A DNA stretch of 64,000 nt from Vicugna vicugna (Eukaryota): positions 1,490,001 to 1,554,000 of the forward strand of contig MU061538.1 in assembly GCA_013265495.1 (NCBI GenBank), written 5' to 3'. The first letter of the stretch is position 1. Each line of letters opens with the position of its first letter. The notes below the pieces were generated by a model. The model had not been told where the DNA came from, did not search any database, and saw only the letters and a list, made by a program, of their open reading frames with translations. Positions 24,874-36,508 of the stretch are shown piece after piece. The translations under genes and the position numbers were made by a program.

Positions 24874-25235
24874 ATGGCAAACCCTGCAGGCCAGCCTGGA
24901 GCAACCGTAGGTGGGGCGACGTCCCCGTTGGGTGTAAACTGAAGAGCCCCTCCTTAGTGGCCGCCTCCTCTCCTCTCTCACAGTGACCTTCATGTGAAGC
25001 AGAACGGGTGCCAGCGTCTACCCAGGCCCGCCCTCACACGCCGTGGTTCTCTCATCACGGGGGAAAGGACAGTTCACAGCTGGAGAGATTTTGCAGGTCG
25101 ACCTGGCGGAGGTATTTAGAGGCGGGGCTGAGCTTGGATCACACGGGAAGCCGGCTGTTCTGCCTCGTCTGAATCTGGTGGGGCTTTTACATTCTGTGTG
25201 CTTGGTTGTCATCATCATGATGTCACCTCGAGACC

Positions 25236-25267
<32 letters not shown>

Positions 25268-25271
25268 TGTG
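25236..25271. repeat. Compound (GC)7(GT)10 microsatellite
   Basis: Directly visible uninterrupted alternating purine-pyrimidine tract. Confidence 0.95.
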
Positions 25272-26879
25272 GTTGATTGGCCAAAGCCGGGGCTGGACTG
25301 GGGGCAGTGAGTGAGGTGGACGCCTGCGCGGTGAGTGGGGGAGGATGTTCCGTCCTTCCTCAGACAGGACAGTGAGCATCTCAGAAAATAACCCTCATCT
25401 GCAAGGCTGTGCGTTCCAGTCACCATGGAGACCACTGACTTGTGGGGCGCTGGTGTCCACAGCCTCTGCCCCCCACACTTGCCTTGATGCCAGCCGTTGC
25501 CTTGCACTGAGGAAATGCGTCAGAGGAGGAGTCGGAGCACCTGGGCCTCGGGCATTTAGGCCCCAAACACGTTTCTGTTAAGGAAGGAGGTAAACTTAGA
25601 ACCAAATCCACGGTCACGCTTTTCTTTGCTTACTTTGCTAACAAAATTGAGTTGCTCCCACACCACGGACTGCTGGACCAGAAGCTCCTCTGTCCTTTTC
25701 GGATGTCACATGCTAGAAAGCAGCAAACACAATTAAAGGCCCTCAGAAATCTCACTGACGTGTGGCTGGATTGTCCTCTGAGCTGGAGCCCTGACCCAGA
25801 CAGCTTCCATGCTGGTTTTGATTCTTCAAGTAATCTGAACCCTCGGGGAATCACTCTGCAAACTGCCTTCTTTTCTCCTTCTGAGATTTATGTGGCTTTT
25901 TCATTTGTTTTTAATGTGTATGGTATCCTGAAACTTGGAAGCAATTTGAAATACATTCCTTGGAAGTGAAGGAGTTGGAAGATAAGACAGCGGCGGTTGC
26001 TGCAAGGAAGAGGAGCAGGCTGTGCGGAGACCGTGCAAGGAACCAGAAGGGCAACGCTGGATGCTCTGAGATGCAGGGGGAGTCACGGCTGGGGGAGAGG
26101 TAATTTGAACTGACAGACCAGGCGGTTAACATACATGACTCATTCTACCAGGAAACGCACCCAGGATTGAATTCCATATGGATCGGGGGCTATTTAAAAA
26201 AACAAAATCGGCCATGTCGTGAAAGGACTCCTGAGGTCAGGTGGCTCGGGCAGGCCAGGCTTGCTCAGCATGTCCTCCGAGGTCTGCGCACTCGCTCTGC
26301 TCCTGCCCGGGTTCATTTGGGGTCTGTCCCTGGGACCAGATGCTGTGTTCTCCATTCATGTCCAGCTCGGGGCTGGGTGGCAGCGAGAGATACGTGATGG
26401 CCAGCAGCCTGGGGCCCGGTGGCCGGTGGCGGCCTGACAGCCTCAGGCCCTTCTCAGGTGCCCCGGGCTGCTTCTGTTCTCCAGACAGGGTGTTTGAGTA
26501 ATGCCTGTCTGCTCACTTCTGAAAGGCCATTGTCCTGCGCTCCCCAGGAGGTGACTGTGGGTTTGAGTCAGGAAAGGCTGGCTGGCCGCTGAGCCACGGC
26601 CGAAACGAACTTCGGCTTCATGACCCCAGGTGTGCAGTCAGGACCCTGGGCATGAGTCAGGTCTTTGTGAGGCGGGATTTCCACCAAGTGGACCAGGCAA
26701 ACCCTCACGAAGCCCCTCCCGGGGTGGCAGCCCTCTTCCCGGCGTGAAAGCACCTCCCCCACAGGCCTCTAGAACCTTCCTTGTGTGCCCGCGGGAAGCC
26801 CAGCCCAAGTGGCCTGGGTTAGGACCGAAGCTAGAGAGACGTCTCCCTGCTTCCAGGACCTGCCCGACCCACCTGAACC

Positions 26880-27370
26880 CAAGGGAAACACGGAGAAACC
26901 CTCCGCTCCCCGGACCTCGCTACCCGCCTCCGCTCCCGCGGCAGCTCCGGGCTGATCGGCTCTTCTTCCCTCCCGGCTTGAGACGAGGCTGCCGGGAAGC
27001 CGGGGAAGCCGCGTCTCCCGGGGGTCCGGCCAGCCTCCCGGGGCCCCTTCCTGTCCTGCTCTCAGCCCGGGCGGTCCGCGACGCGGAGGGACGTTGCTCC
27101 ATGTCTGACCTCCGAACCCCAGACTTCAGAAGGGCGACTTCCCACAGCTCACCGTGCCGGCCCCAGGCGCTAAGCGGAGCCCGCGATCCTGGGGATCAAC
27201 GGGCAGACGGGTGAAGCGGCGTCTTCCAGAGCCGCGCGAGGACGGACCGCGGCGCTGCCCTTTCATCTCGGGCGGGCGCCGCTGTCCGCTTTCCCCTTCC
27301 TGGGAGCCGAGCGCAGGAGCCGGAGCCCTGTGCGTTTCACAAGGGAAAGAGGAGAAGCGACTGCAGACCG
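26880..27370. promoter_or_regulatory. CpG-island-like segment
   Basis: High GC with dense CpG (e.g. GAGCCGCGCGAGGACGGACCGCGGCGC, CGGGCGGGCGCCGC). The observed/expected ratio was not computed. Confidence 0.5.
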
Positions 27371-27874
27371 ACGTAATCCCAGTAAACAGTTATTTGATGA
27401 GATTATGAATATACACAGATTTGCAAGTCGCGTATCATGTGATTATTAAAGTGCTGGAGTTTTGAATAGTGAAGCAGACAATGGACGAGATTCAGAGGTT
27501 CAGATAAATAAAAACAATCATTTTCCTTTGCAGCGGCAAATAATTCAGTAAATATATGGGAACAGTGAGACACTCCCATGAAAAACATTAATTAAGTAAA
27601 TTCTGTTTGGTGGGAGGCGGGGGAGAACAGAGAAGCAAGCCGGCCGCTCGGTAGCCCTTCCGACTCTGCTCTGAGACGGAGCCACGTCGTCAGGCTGAGT
27701 ACAAGAGTGGGCCATGCGTGGCCTCCCTCCTTGTAAGGCCCTGGGTCCCCTGGGCTGCAGAGATCGGTGGGAGAGGGTCCGGAGGTGGCAGGTAGTCCAG
27801 ATGGGAGGTGCACAGGGCGGGGGTGCTGGGAGCAGGTGGCGTCCCTTGTCTTTTTTTTTTTCTGTATCAGTTTC

Positions 27875-28043
27875 TTTTTTTTCAAATTGAAGTACAGTCA
27901 GTTAAAATGTGTCAGTCTCTGGTGTACAGCACAATGTCCCAGTCAAGCATATATATATATNNNNNNNNNNATATATACACATATATTCACTTTCATATCC
28001 TTTTTCATTAAAAGTCATTACAAGATCTTGAATATAGGGTCCC
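27875..28043 (-). mobile_element. Short LINE-1 3' end, antisense, containing (TA)n and an assembly gap
   Basis: Poly-T then AAATTGAAGTACAGTCAGTTA...GGTGTACAGCACAATGTCCCAGTC...ACAAGATCTTGAATATAG, complementary to the 3' ends at ~9380-9500 and ~37980-38130. Confidence 0.9.
27961..27970. other. Assembly gap (10 N) inside a (TA)n run
   Basis: nnnnnnnnnn flanked by ATATAT on both sides. Confidence 1.
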
Positions 28044-31000
28044 CATTCTTGCTGGCGTCGGGCAGGCTGCCCTCTGGTTTCTGTAAAACACCGCCAGAAT
28101 ATATTTCCTCTAAGCTTTTCTTATTTATAAAGCACCACGCCCACAGAGGAGAAAAAGAATTCCTTTTCCTTGATAGAACCTTCTGTCTGCCTCTTTTCTT
28201 CCCTCTTTTGCCAGCCCTGCCAAAGTGTCGCCTCCCCTTCAGGAGCCTGTCACGCTGGGTTGGCTGCGTGGAGCTACAGCAGCCACGAGGGCCGGCGGCT
28301 GGCCCACGGCTGTGACTTCCGCACCGACCAGGCTCTGGACGCCCTCCAGGCGGGGCACGCGGGCGGGTGGGGGGCGCTCGGCCGGAGGGCGCTGCAGCTC
28401 TGCGCACGCGGGGTCGTGTCTCCTGGGGCTGGCCTGGGGGGCGTTTCTGGAACAGCCGCAGTAGCCTCAGCGTTGTTGTTTGTGTTTTCATCCTTTTAGC
28501 TGACATCCTAGTGGACTAGAAGCCGCCTGTCAAACGTGGGCACTGCGCTCGCCTGTGCGGCAAGGGCTTTTGTCTGGAAGTTGACGCCAGGCTGAGGAGA
28601 CGCTTTGTAAACTTGCCCCTTGCTGACCGACCCAGCAGGTCTCGGTGCCCGCAACTGGATGCCTCCTTGTTACCCTTCTCTCTTTCCTTTTTATAAATTG
28701 CTAAGAACTCTCGTGGGAATCTGGGCTGAAGTTTCAGGATCTCAGCTCCACGAGACAGGATCCGTGGTGTTCTGGGCATCTCACCACCGGGGGCGGCCCC
28801 TGCTTGGAGCCCAAGTGCCTGACTCAGAGGCACCTGTCCCTCACCATCAGGCTCCGGGAACATGTCCCCTCCATGATTCCAGCTCTTCCTGGGCGTCATC
28901 AAAGGCCTTTGGTGCCATCAGAGGAAACGTCAGATGAGTAGGCAGGTGGAGTAAGTCATTAACAAATCTTCATCAACTGCCCGCATGATGAGATCTCTTG
29001 ACTATCTCTGCAGCCTCCAGTGGCGGCCGGAGCTGGCGTGCACGGCTCAGGAGACCCCCCACGGCCTGGCTAGGGATCCAGGAGTGTTTACACCACGGAA
29101 GTGGGCAAGTGCTGCAGATCAGCCCCCACCCCGCCCATGCATGTTTCACTGGCACATCCTGGGGACGCCTCACGGGCTGCGGGCGAGCTCACGGCACGCC
29201 GCGCCTGGTGGTCCTGACTCGAGCAGTGTGGGCTGGGGGCGTGAGGGTTTGAGGGCGCGAGCTGGTCTGGGCAGCATCCGTGTGAGAACAAGCTGTGTAA
29301 TAACAGGCCTCTGGCTTCTTTCTCCGACATCAGCGTCTCCGTAAGCCGGCTTCCTGAAGGTGTTGACTTCGGGATGAAAGATGGGGAAAAGCGCAGGCTT
29401 TCATCTTCTGTGTTTCGGGAGCCGTACTTTCCCGCTGAGTTAGTGCGCCCGTGTTTGCTCTGGCTCTTTGGTCTCAGGTGCGTCACAGACATTTTCTTGA
29501 GACAACACAGTAGGGGGGACTTCCTGCGCTGGTTTAGACTCAGGCAGCACTCAAGGGCTGGTAGACACAGAGCCGCCATGGGTTCTGCGAGCATGCTCGG
29601 CGCTCCTGAACGTCCTCTAGTTTTGTTAGTTGAGGCAAAATGAGGCAGCTGATTAGACCAAGTAATTCTGGCCCTTCTTCCTAGACTGTTGGGAATTTCA
29701 AATTGATGCGTTATCTTCATCTGAAGCACCTGGACGTGTCTCCCTTGCCACAGATTTTTCTTGTTAAGACCCAGTTGGGCTCGTTGGCCCCTTACTGCCT
29801 TCTCCATATAATTTTCTGGATTAACTTCCCACAAGACAAAAGCCCTCTGGAGTTGTTCTCGGTCCCCAAAGTCTGGCTGTTTTGTTTCTGTCTCCTCTGG
29901 AAAGCTTGAGGAAATTCTCCTTTAAACAATTTTAGATGAGTTAAAGGAAAAACCACCATTTTCTATTTATAGCTTCACAGCTCACCAGCATATCAAAATA
30001 TGCCTGAACAAATCAATGTCACCGTGGGATCAGTGGCCAACACCAGACCAGAGCCAGTTGACAGATGAGAAAACAGACCAGAGACCCTGCCTGGTTGGCT
30101 CCCGTCACCAGACGAAGTGCCGGAGACCAACTCGGCACCTGCACGGCCGCCCGGACTCAGCTCCGCTGTCCTGGGCGTCTCTGATGAGTGAGCTGGGGAG
30201 GTGTGGCTGGATTGTCCTTGCCTTTAAGATAATCTTTTGATGCATTACTGGTAGGAAAGTTAAATCCTAAGGTCGTCTGCACCGTGCTGGTCCCCCTGTG
30301 GGGTTCAAATGAGCTGCAGCGACTGGAGACAAAGGCAGTGGGTCACCCCAGGCAGGGAGATGCCGTGAGGTGGGGTCTGCTTGCTCAGCGTTGCAGCGAC
30401 CGCAGAGGGGAGCCCTGGCCCAGCGACAGCGTCCGCTATCAGCCCCAGGACACAGAGCATGAGAGTCATAAAGCTGAGAGGGACTCATTCACCGGCAAAC
30501 CAGTCCTTGGTGGTTCCTGAAAAAACTGAAACCAGGAAATTCCAACGTGTTCTCTGAGGCCTCTTCCTCCCAACGGAGGGAGATAAAATAAGGAACGGCC
30601 ACCATCCGCCCCCAGGGAAGAGCCTGGGCTTGCAGGTGGGGGTCATGTGGAAGAGGTGCAAGAAGGCAGAGGACCGGGGCCCGTCTGCCCTCACGGGGAG
30701 ACCCAGCTCAGAAGCGTCACTGGGGCCCTGGACGGCTGGTGGGCCCTGTGGCGTCGCTCAGTCTTGTAAGTCACTTGACACTCATTACAAGACATAGTGT
30801 GCCGTCCACGTGCTGCGAAGCAGATTGACAGCCTCTCAAATGACACCCGTTCCCAGCCATCCCTGGGAGTAGAAAGGACAGGGGCAGAGATGGGCCGCCC
30901 CATCCGAGGGCTCACCCGGGAGTTCACACAGCGAGACGCACCTTCAGGTGTCACCAGGCAGAACCTGTCGGCAGCAGACAGGGAAGCGAGGTGACCATTT

Positions 31001-33479
31001 AGGACACCCTCTCTTGAGATGGGGTGAGTGGCCGGCTGCTGTCCTGAGGGTGCAGCCTTTTGTAAAGGACCTGGCGTCTTTCGCAGATGAAGGCCAGGCC
31101 CATGACGTTTTCTCTTCTAGTCTTTTTTACCCTGCACTTTCTGACACCATGGTTCTTGAGTTCCATTTGCAGCAAAGTAACCAAGGAGCTTGTTAAAACT
31201 GTTGGTGCTTAGGGCCTCGCTGTTGGAGAATCTTGACTCCCAGGGGCAAAGGTTGCCCGGGCATCTGAGTGGCCACCAAGCCTCTGGTGGTGGTGGAGAG
31301 ACTGCTCTGGGGTGCAGGTGTCTGGGTGGAAGTGATGGGACATGTCGCAGGTTGAGTTGTCTGGAGTGGAGATGGGAGGGGGAGTCCGGGAGGGACAGAG
31401 GGGAGCAGGTGGGCTGAGGAAGGTGGGAGCCCTCAGCAGCCCCCAGGGGAGCCGAAGTGGGGCGGCCCCTTCCCGTCGTCCAGAGCTGGGGGTGGGGCCT
31501 GGGTCATGTAGAGGTGCCCTGTCCATCGGTCAGGGATGGAGGCGGTTCCTCGGGGAGCTATATAACCTTGAGCAGGACAGCGTCCTTCACCGGAGACAAT
31601 TTCCGTCAGGTCAACAGGGAGCACTGCCTTCGGGCAGCAGGCGACCCAAAGCTGGGCGCCCAGGTCTGGGCAGCACACTCGGCACCCATCACAGCAGAGG
31701 GGACTCTGCGTGGAGTCCCTGCCAGACCACCTTCAGTTCCTCTTCCTTCCCTCTCTCAGCGTCTCTTAGACTCACGTTTTCTTCATTTAAAATACAGCCG
31801 TCCCGTCTGTGCCCCCAGCCCCTCTCGGCGCCGTCATCTCTCTTGATCAGCTGCAAGTAGGCATCCTCGTCTCTCCTGTGACGTCCTCGCGTTGAGACGT
31901 CATGTCCCTCACTGGGACCAGGTGCGGAGGACTAGAAGAGAAAACGTCACTGATGCCATGGTTATTTGTTGGTTTGTCCTCAGCACAGTCACACGTTCCC
32001 AGTAAAGAACGTGAGTCACTAGGGGCCAGGCCTGATTCTGTGTTAGACAGTGGGAAGTCTGGCCCCGTTAGGAAGAAGCTGGGAGGCGATGCTTCCCCGA
32101 AAGGCTGCAGGACGCGGGCGGCGCTGGGCAAACCCGTCCCGAGTGGAGGGTGAGGAGGGGCCTGGCGCGCGCGTCCCCGTGACTCGCTGTCGTCCCAGGC
32201 GATGGAGGTGGCACCTGCGTTTAACATCCAGCTCGAGTCGCTGACAGAAATAATAAAATGAGCATATGTGCCTTCGGTTAAGCGTGGGGAGCCCTGACAG
32301 GCGCACGGAGCGGCTGTGAACTAGCAACTCAGGAGGGTGCCCGTGAGGAGAGCGTGGACTGAACGCAGATTAAAGAGCAGTGACTTGTGTTAGCAAAGCA
32401 AACACAGTGACCGGTGAACGGCCTTCCTGGTGTCCTTCAACGTCACTCTATTCTGTTGCTGCATCCAGCTGACGCACATCCCCTGGCATGTAGGTACCAC
32501 GGTGCGGGCACGGACCCAGGACTGCAAACACCAGACGTAGGAAGGGTGGAGCCCGGATCGCCGTCTCAGAGCATCCATGGGGCGGAGAGGGCGGAGCCAG
32601 TGTACACGCGGACTCTGTGGACGAGGGAAGGGGCACCTGCCACCACACGCCCTCCCCGGGTGGCACAGTTCCTGCCTCAGTGTCCCCACAGCACAGGGCT
32701 GCCTTCCTGGCGGACACTGGAAATTAAGCCTCCCAGGCGTTGCTAACAGGACAGAGTTCCTTGTGGCCACAGGAGGCGTGGGTCAAATGCAAGTCCCTCC
32801 CAGAGAGACTGTGTAAGGAACCTCGTTCCTGTAACCCCGATGTGCCTTTAGCATCGGCAACCTCGTGTTACTGTTTCTTTTTGTAGACAGGTCCTAAATC
32901 CTTGACTCCATGCTGCGTCCACGGGGCAGAGCAAGGGACTCGACTCCCACCCAGGTCAGCGCTGGTGCCCTGGGCGCCCTGAGACCATCACGAGCTGAGT
33001 TAATGTGTCTGCAGCGTCGGTCTGCGCGCGGCGTTCGCAGTGTTGTCAGTGACTGTGACCAGCAAGTCCGTGTGAGGTGTGGTCACAGTCAGGGGCAGTC
33101 ACGGTGCTCAGCCAGAGAGGAGCACCTGAAAGGCCAGTGGTTTGCACTGCCCGTTGTCCAAATAAAGACACAGCTAGTCCGGAAGAGCCATGGATATAGT
33201 TTCAACAGGTTTCAGAGGAAAAGAAAGAAAAAGAAGAGAAAATGCGCAGTGCGTGTGTACATGTGTGCATGTGCTTGTATCTGCGTGCGTGTGAGTGCAT
33301 TACAAGTGCACGTGCGTGTGCAGGTGTCCGCTCGCCTCTAATGCAATTTCCAAAGTGCCTTTAAACAGAAACTTTGTGGGTCCGACGCGCGCGCTTCAGG
33401 TTCTGGTTCTGGTTCTGGTCAGCCTCGCGGCATCAGGCCTCTCTCTGATGTTTTCGTTCTTCCACTGTTTCTGAGCCTG

Positions 33480-34290
33480 TGTTACGTGTTGGCCGCAAGA
33501 TAACAGAAAAGGTTAAGTTTGCAGTGGTCCATAATTATTGAGAACCAGGGCTTCCAAGCCAAAGTAACAAGCTTAATGCCTTTCTGACAGAATTTAATAA
33601 TACGGTTTTATAATATTTAATTTTGTTCAGAAAACAGCTCCCAGCAGGAAGCCTTTTTTCCTTTACTCACCTAAACGTTATTACTTTAAAACAATTTCCT
33701 GGCACAAAGAATTTATCATGTGGACTTGTGATCTGGTTCTTAGAGGCCTTTGGGGGCGGGACGGATTAACGTCCAGTTAATTCGGACATCCAGCTGAATT
33801 TGACAAGCAGAGTCGTCCCCCTGCAGTAAATTAGGGCAATTCCGTCTGGATTTATCTTGCTTTAAGGACAGCTGGCCGAGGGGAACTTCGTTTCTGTCCC
33901 AGGCAGCAAGCACTCTCCCCACTTCTGCGTCCTCGCGCTGAGGTTGGGCACGACGAGCTCGTGGATGTGTGTCCCCGCCGGGTTCCGAATACTGTTGTCG
34001 TGTTGTTGACAGTCACACTGCGTGACAGAGCACTTCTGCTAAATGGCCTGATTGCTCTCTTTAACACCCCAAACAGTGATTTGCCGTCCAGGAGGAGATC
34101 CCCAGTGGAGTCTGCTCGCTGAAATCCTGGGGGTAAAACAAACAAACATAAATTGGTTCCATCGAATCTGTTCCGAGGAGGCTGGAGTGGACTCTTCACA
34201 GAGAGAGAAGAGGGCAGAAATGCAATCCCCCCACGGCGATGTTAGAGGGTTAAACAGCCTTTGCTCAGTATTTAAAAATGATGTCTTTGA
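33480..34290. promoter_or_regulatory. Candidate conserved non-coding element / enhancer
   Basis: AT-richer non-repetitive block with repeated TGACAG/TGACA, TAATTA/TTAATT, GGATTA and AAACAAACAAACA (Forkhead-like) motifs. Confidence 0.35.
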
Positions 34291-35549
34291 ATGATCTAAA
34301 CAGAACACCCTCAGAAACACGGCTCTAAAAGGAAACAAGAGTGTCTGGGTTCTCCACGGGCGAGGTCCCCCCCACCGTCTGGGGCGTCCAGTGCACGGGG
34401 CGGTAGATGCCGGGGCAGGGGGCCGATGCCAGGGGGCCACCCTGGACTCGGCTGGGCAGGTGCAGAAGGATCTGGGCTCAAGCTCTGAGCTGAGCCCGGT
34501 ACTCGGCTGGGATCTGAATCTGACATTTCTTCCCTGCCCATCTTTCCTCCCAGACTGCGTGTCAACATGCAGACCCCCTGCAGAGGCCAGATAGGTCATT
34601 TCGGAGGGAAAACTCCTATGAAGAGGTCAGAGCTGGGGAAAAACAAAAAGGCCAGTAGTACTGGGGGTGGTAAAACCACGAGGCACAGCTCACTTGCAGA
34701 GAAGGCGCCTGGGACACGTCCGTGTGCACTGACGGCCAGCTCCCGCTGCGCTGTTCCTCATGGCGCTGTGCGCTGGGCTGAGGCCGCTTCCTGCGTCATC
34801 TCACTCGTCTTCCCTGAGCCTCCCTGAGATGGTTCTGTTATCACCCACCATTAATGGAAGGGCCATTGGAAGAGGTCACACGAGTAGGAGGAGACAGGAT
34901 GAGTTTTTTATTCCAAGAAGAGAAAAATAAATGCGGAAAATAAGTGAACAGATGCGTCTAGTCATCTCTGTATTTGAGCCCCAGCCCTTTAAGGGGGTCC
35001 CTACAGCCAGCGATGTGGGGTGGTGGCCGCCGTGGTGAGCCATCCAGGCCCTGCCCAAGCAAGATGCTCATCCTCCAGCGGCAGGAGGGTCAGGTCCCGA
35101 ACACTCATCCTCGCCGGGAAACGCCATCAGCCGGAGGCGCTGCCTCCCCAGAGCCGGGACAGCGGCCTGGCGGAAGGGGGACGAGGCCTGGCCCCATGTT
35201 GGTGCAGAGATGCTGCAGCCGGCCCAGCCTGGGCCCTCAGAGGACCAGCAGGTGCCTCGGTTGCGACCGCACCACAGCTCAGACCCCGCTGTCGACCAGG
35301 CCTGCCTCCGTGGTGCCCCGAGAGCTCCCCACACCCGCACATGGCGCAGTCTCCAGCCTGCTTCCCGGGCCCCTTGGTGGCGGATGCGGTGCTGCTGGAG
35401 CCGTCAGCTGTGGTCTGGTTGTCAGACTTGCCCTGGGTGAGCAGGGACCGTGTGTCGGGACAAGACAACCGTAGATGCAGTGGCTTGGGTGTGCGAGACG
35501 TTCTGGAGAAGCTGTCATTTTAAGGATCGTAGAACTGAATGACTTTTTT

Positions 35550-35680
35550 GTTGTTTATTTTTTTGTGGGGCAGGTAATTTGGTCTATTTATTTACTTATT
35601 TTTATGGAGGTGCTGGGCTTTGAATCCAGGACCTCGTGCCTGCTAAGCACGTGCTCCACCACTGAGCTGTGTTCTACCCC
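35550..35680 (-). mobile_element. tRNA-Ala-derived SINE (camelid vic-1-like)
   Basis: Reverse complement of the 51314 element (GGAGGTGCTGGG...CCAGGACCTCGTGCCTGCTAAGCACGTGCTCCACCACTGAGCT). Degenerate target-site duplication AACTGAATGACTTTTTT (~35533) / AACTGGATGACGTTTTTT (~35683). Confidence 0.9.
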
Positions 35681-36508
35681 GAAACTGGATGACGTTTTTT
35701 GGATGTTACGGAGGAGGAAGATTGGGATACTGGGGACAAGGCTGGGCACAGGTTGGTGGGCACAAAGTGTAAATACATCCATATTGACAATTAACTCCCA
35801 CAGAGAGCCCCCATCATGGGAGGGGCACTAAAATCTAAAGCGGACCCCGACCTCGGCCAGCCTCCCATTGGTCCCCAAAAGTGCTGGTCCACGGCACGTG
35901 AACCGGGAGTCCCAAAGGCAGAGGTGGGAGCCCCTGTACCCACAGGCGTCGACATGCCCAGCGTGGTCTCTGGAGAAGACTAGTCAGTCACCGGACGGCC
36001 AGTTGATGACGTGAGTGCTCCTGCCAGTGGGAAGGGACAGAGACCATCTTGACTGGATTTGACACGTAGTCCAGGTATGGGGAGACCGTTCCTGCCCACA
36101 AGCTACCAGAAGCTTCGGTCCACTGATGCAGGACAGGCATAGAATCCCCTTGGACGAAAGGACCCATCTTTACCTAAGAAGTCACGCAGTTGGTGCAATA
36201 TAGTGGCAGACACGGCTCCTTCCCAGAAGCCGTCGGCTCGTTAGGGAAAATGTTCGGATTCACTGGAGCATCTCTGCCCAGTTTGGGTGGTCAGTGGACA
36301 AGTGTGGCAGCTACAGCCTGGGAGAAACACGGAGCTCAGAGAGGAGGACCTGGTCTCCCCCACGGATAGCCCGCCTCGCCCTGCGGCGGTGCTGGTGGGA
36401 CGCGGGGACTCGGCCTGTGTCTGTAGTGGCCGCAGGACCAGCCGCGGGAGCAGGAGGCAGCTGGCCAGCTTCCCTGGTCCAAGCGCATGTGTGAGCACAG
36501 TCCTCTAG

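Noticed and set aside
4929..26100. Assigning a gene symbol to the decayed exon candidates
   Set aside because: I do not recognise the peptides. Naming a gene without a homology search would be a guess.
29088..29834. 248-aa minus-strand ORF
   Set aside because: Non-ATG start, no recognisable protein family and no supporting exon structure.
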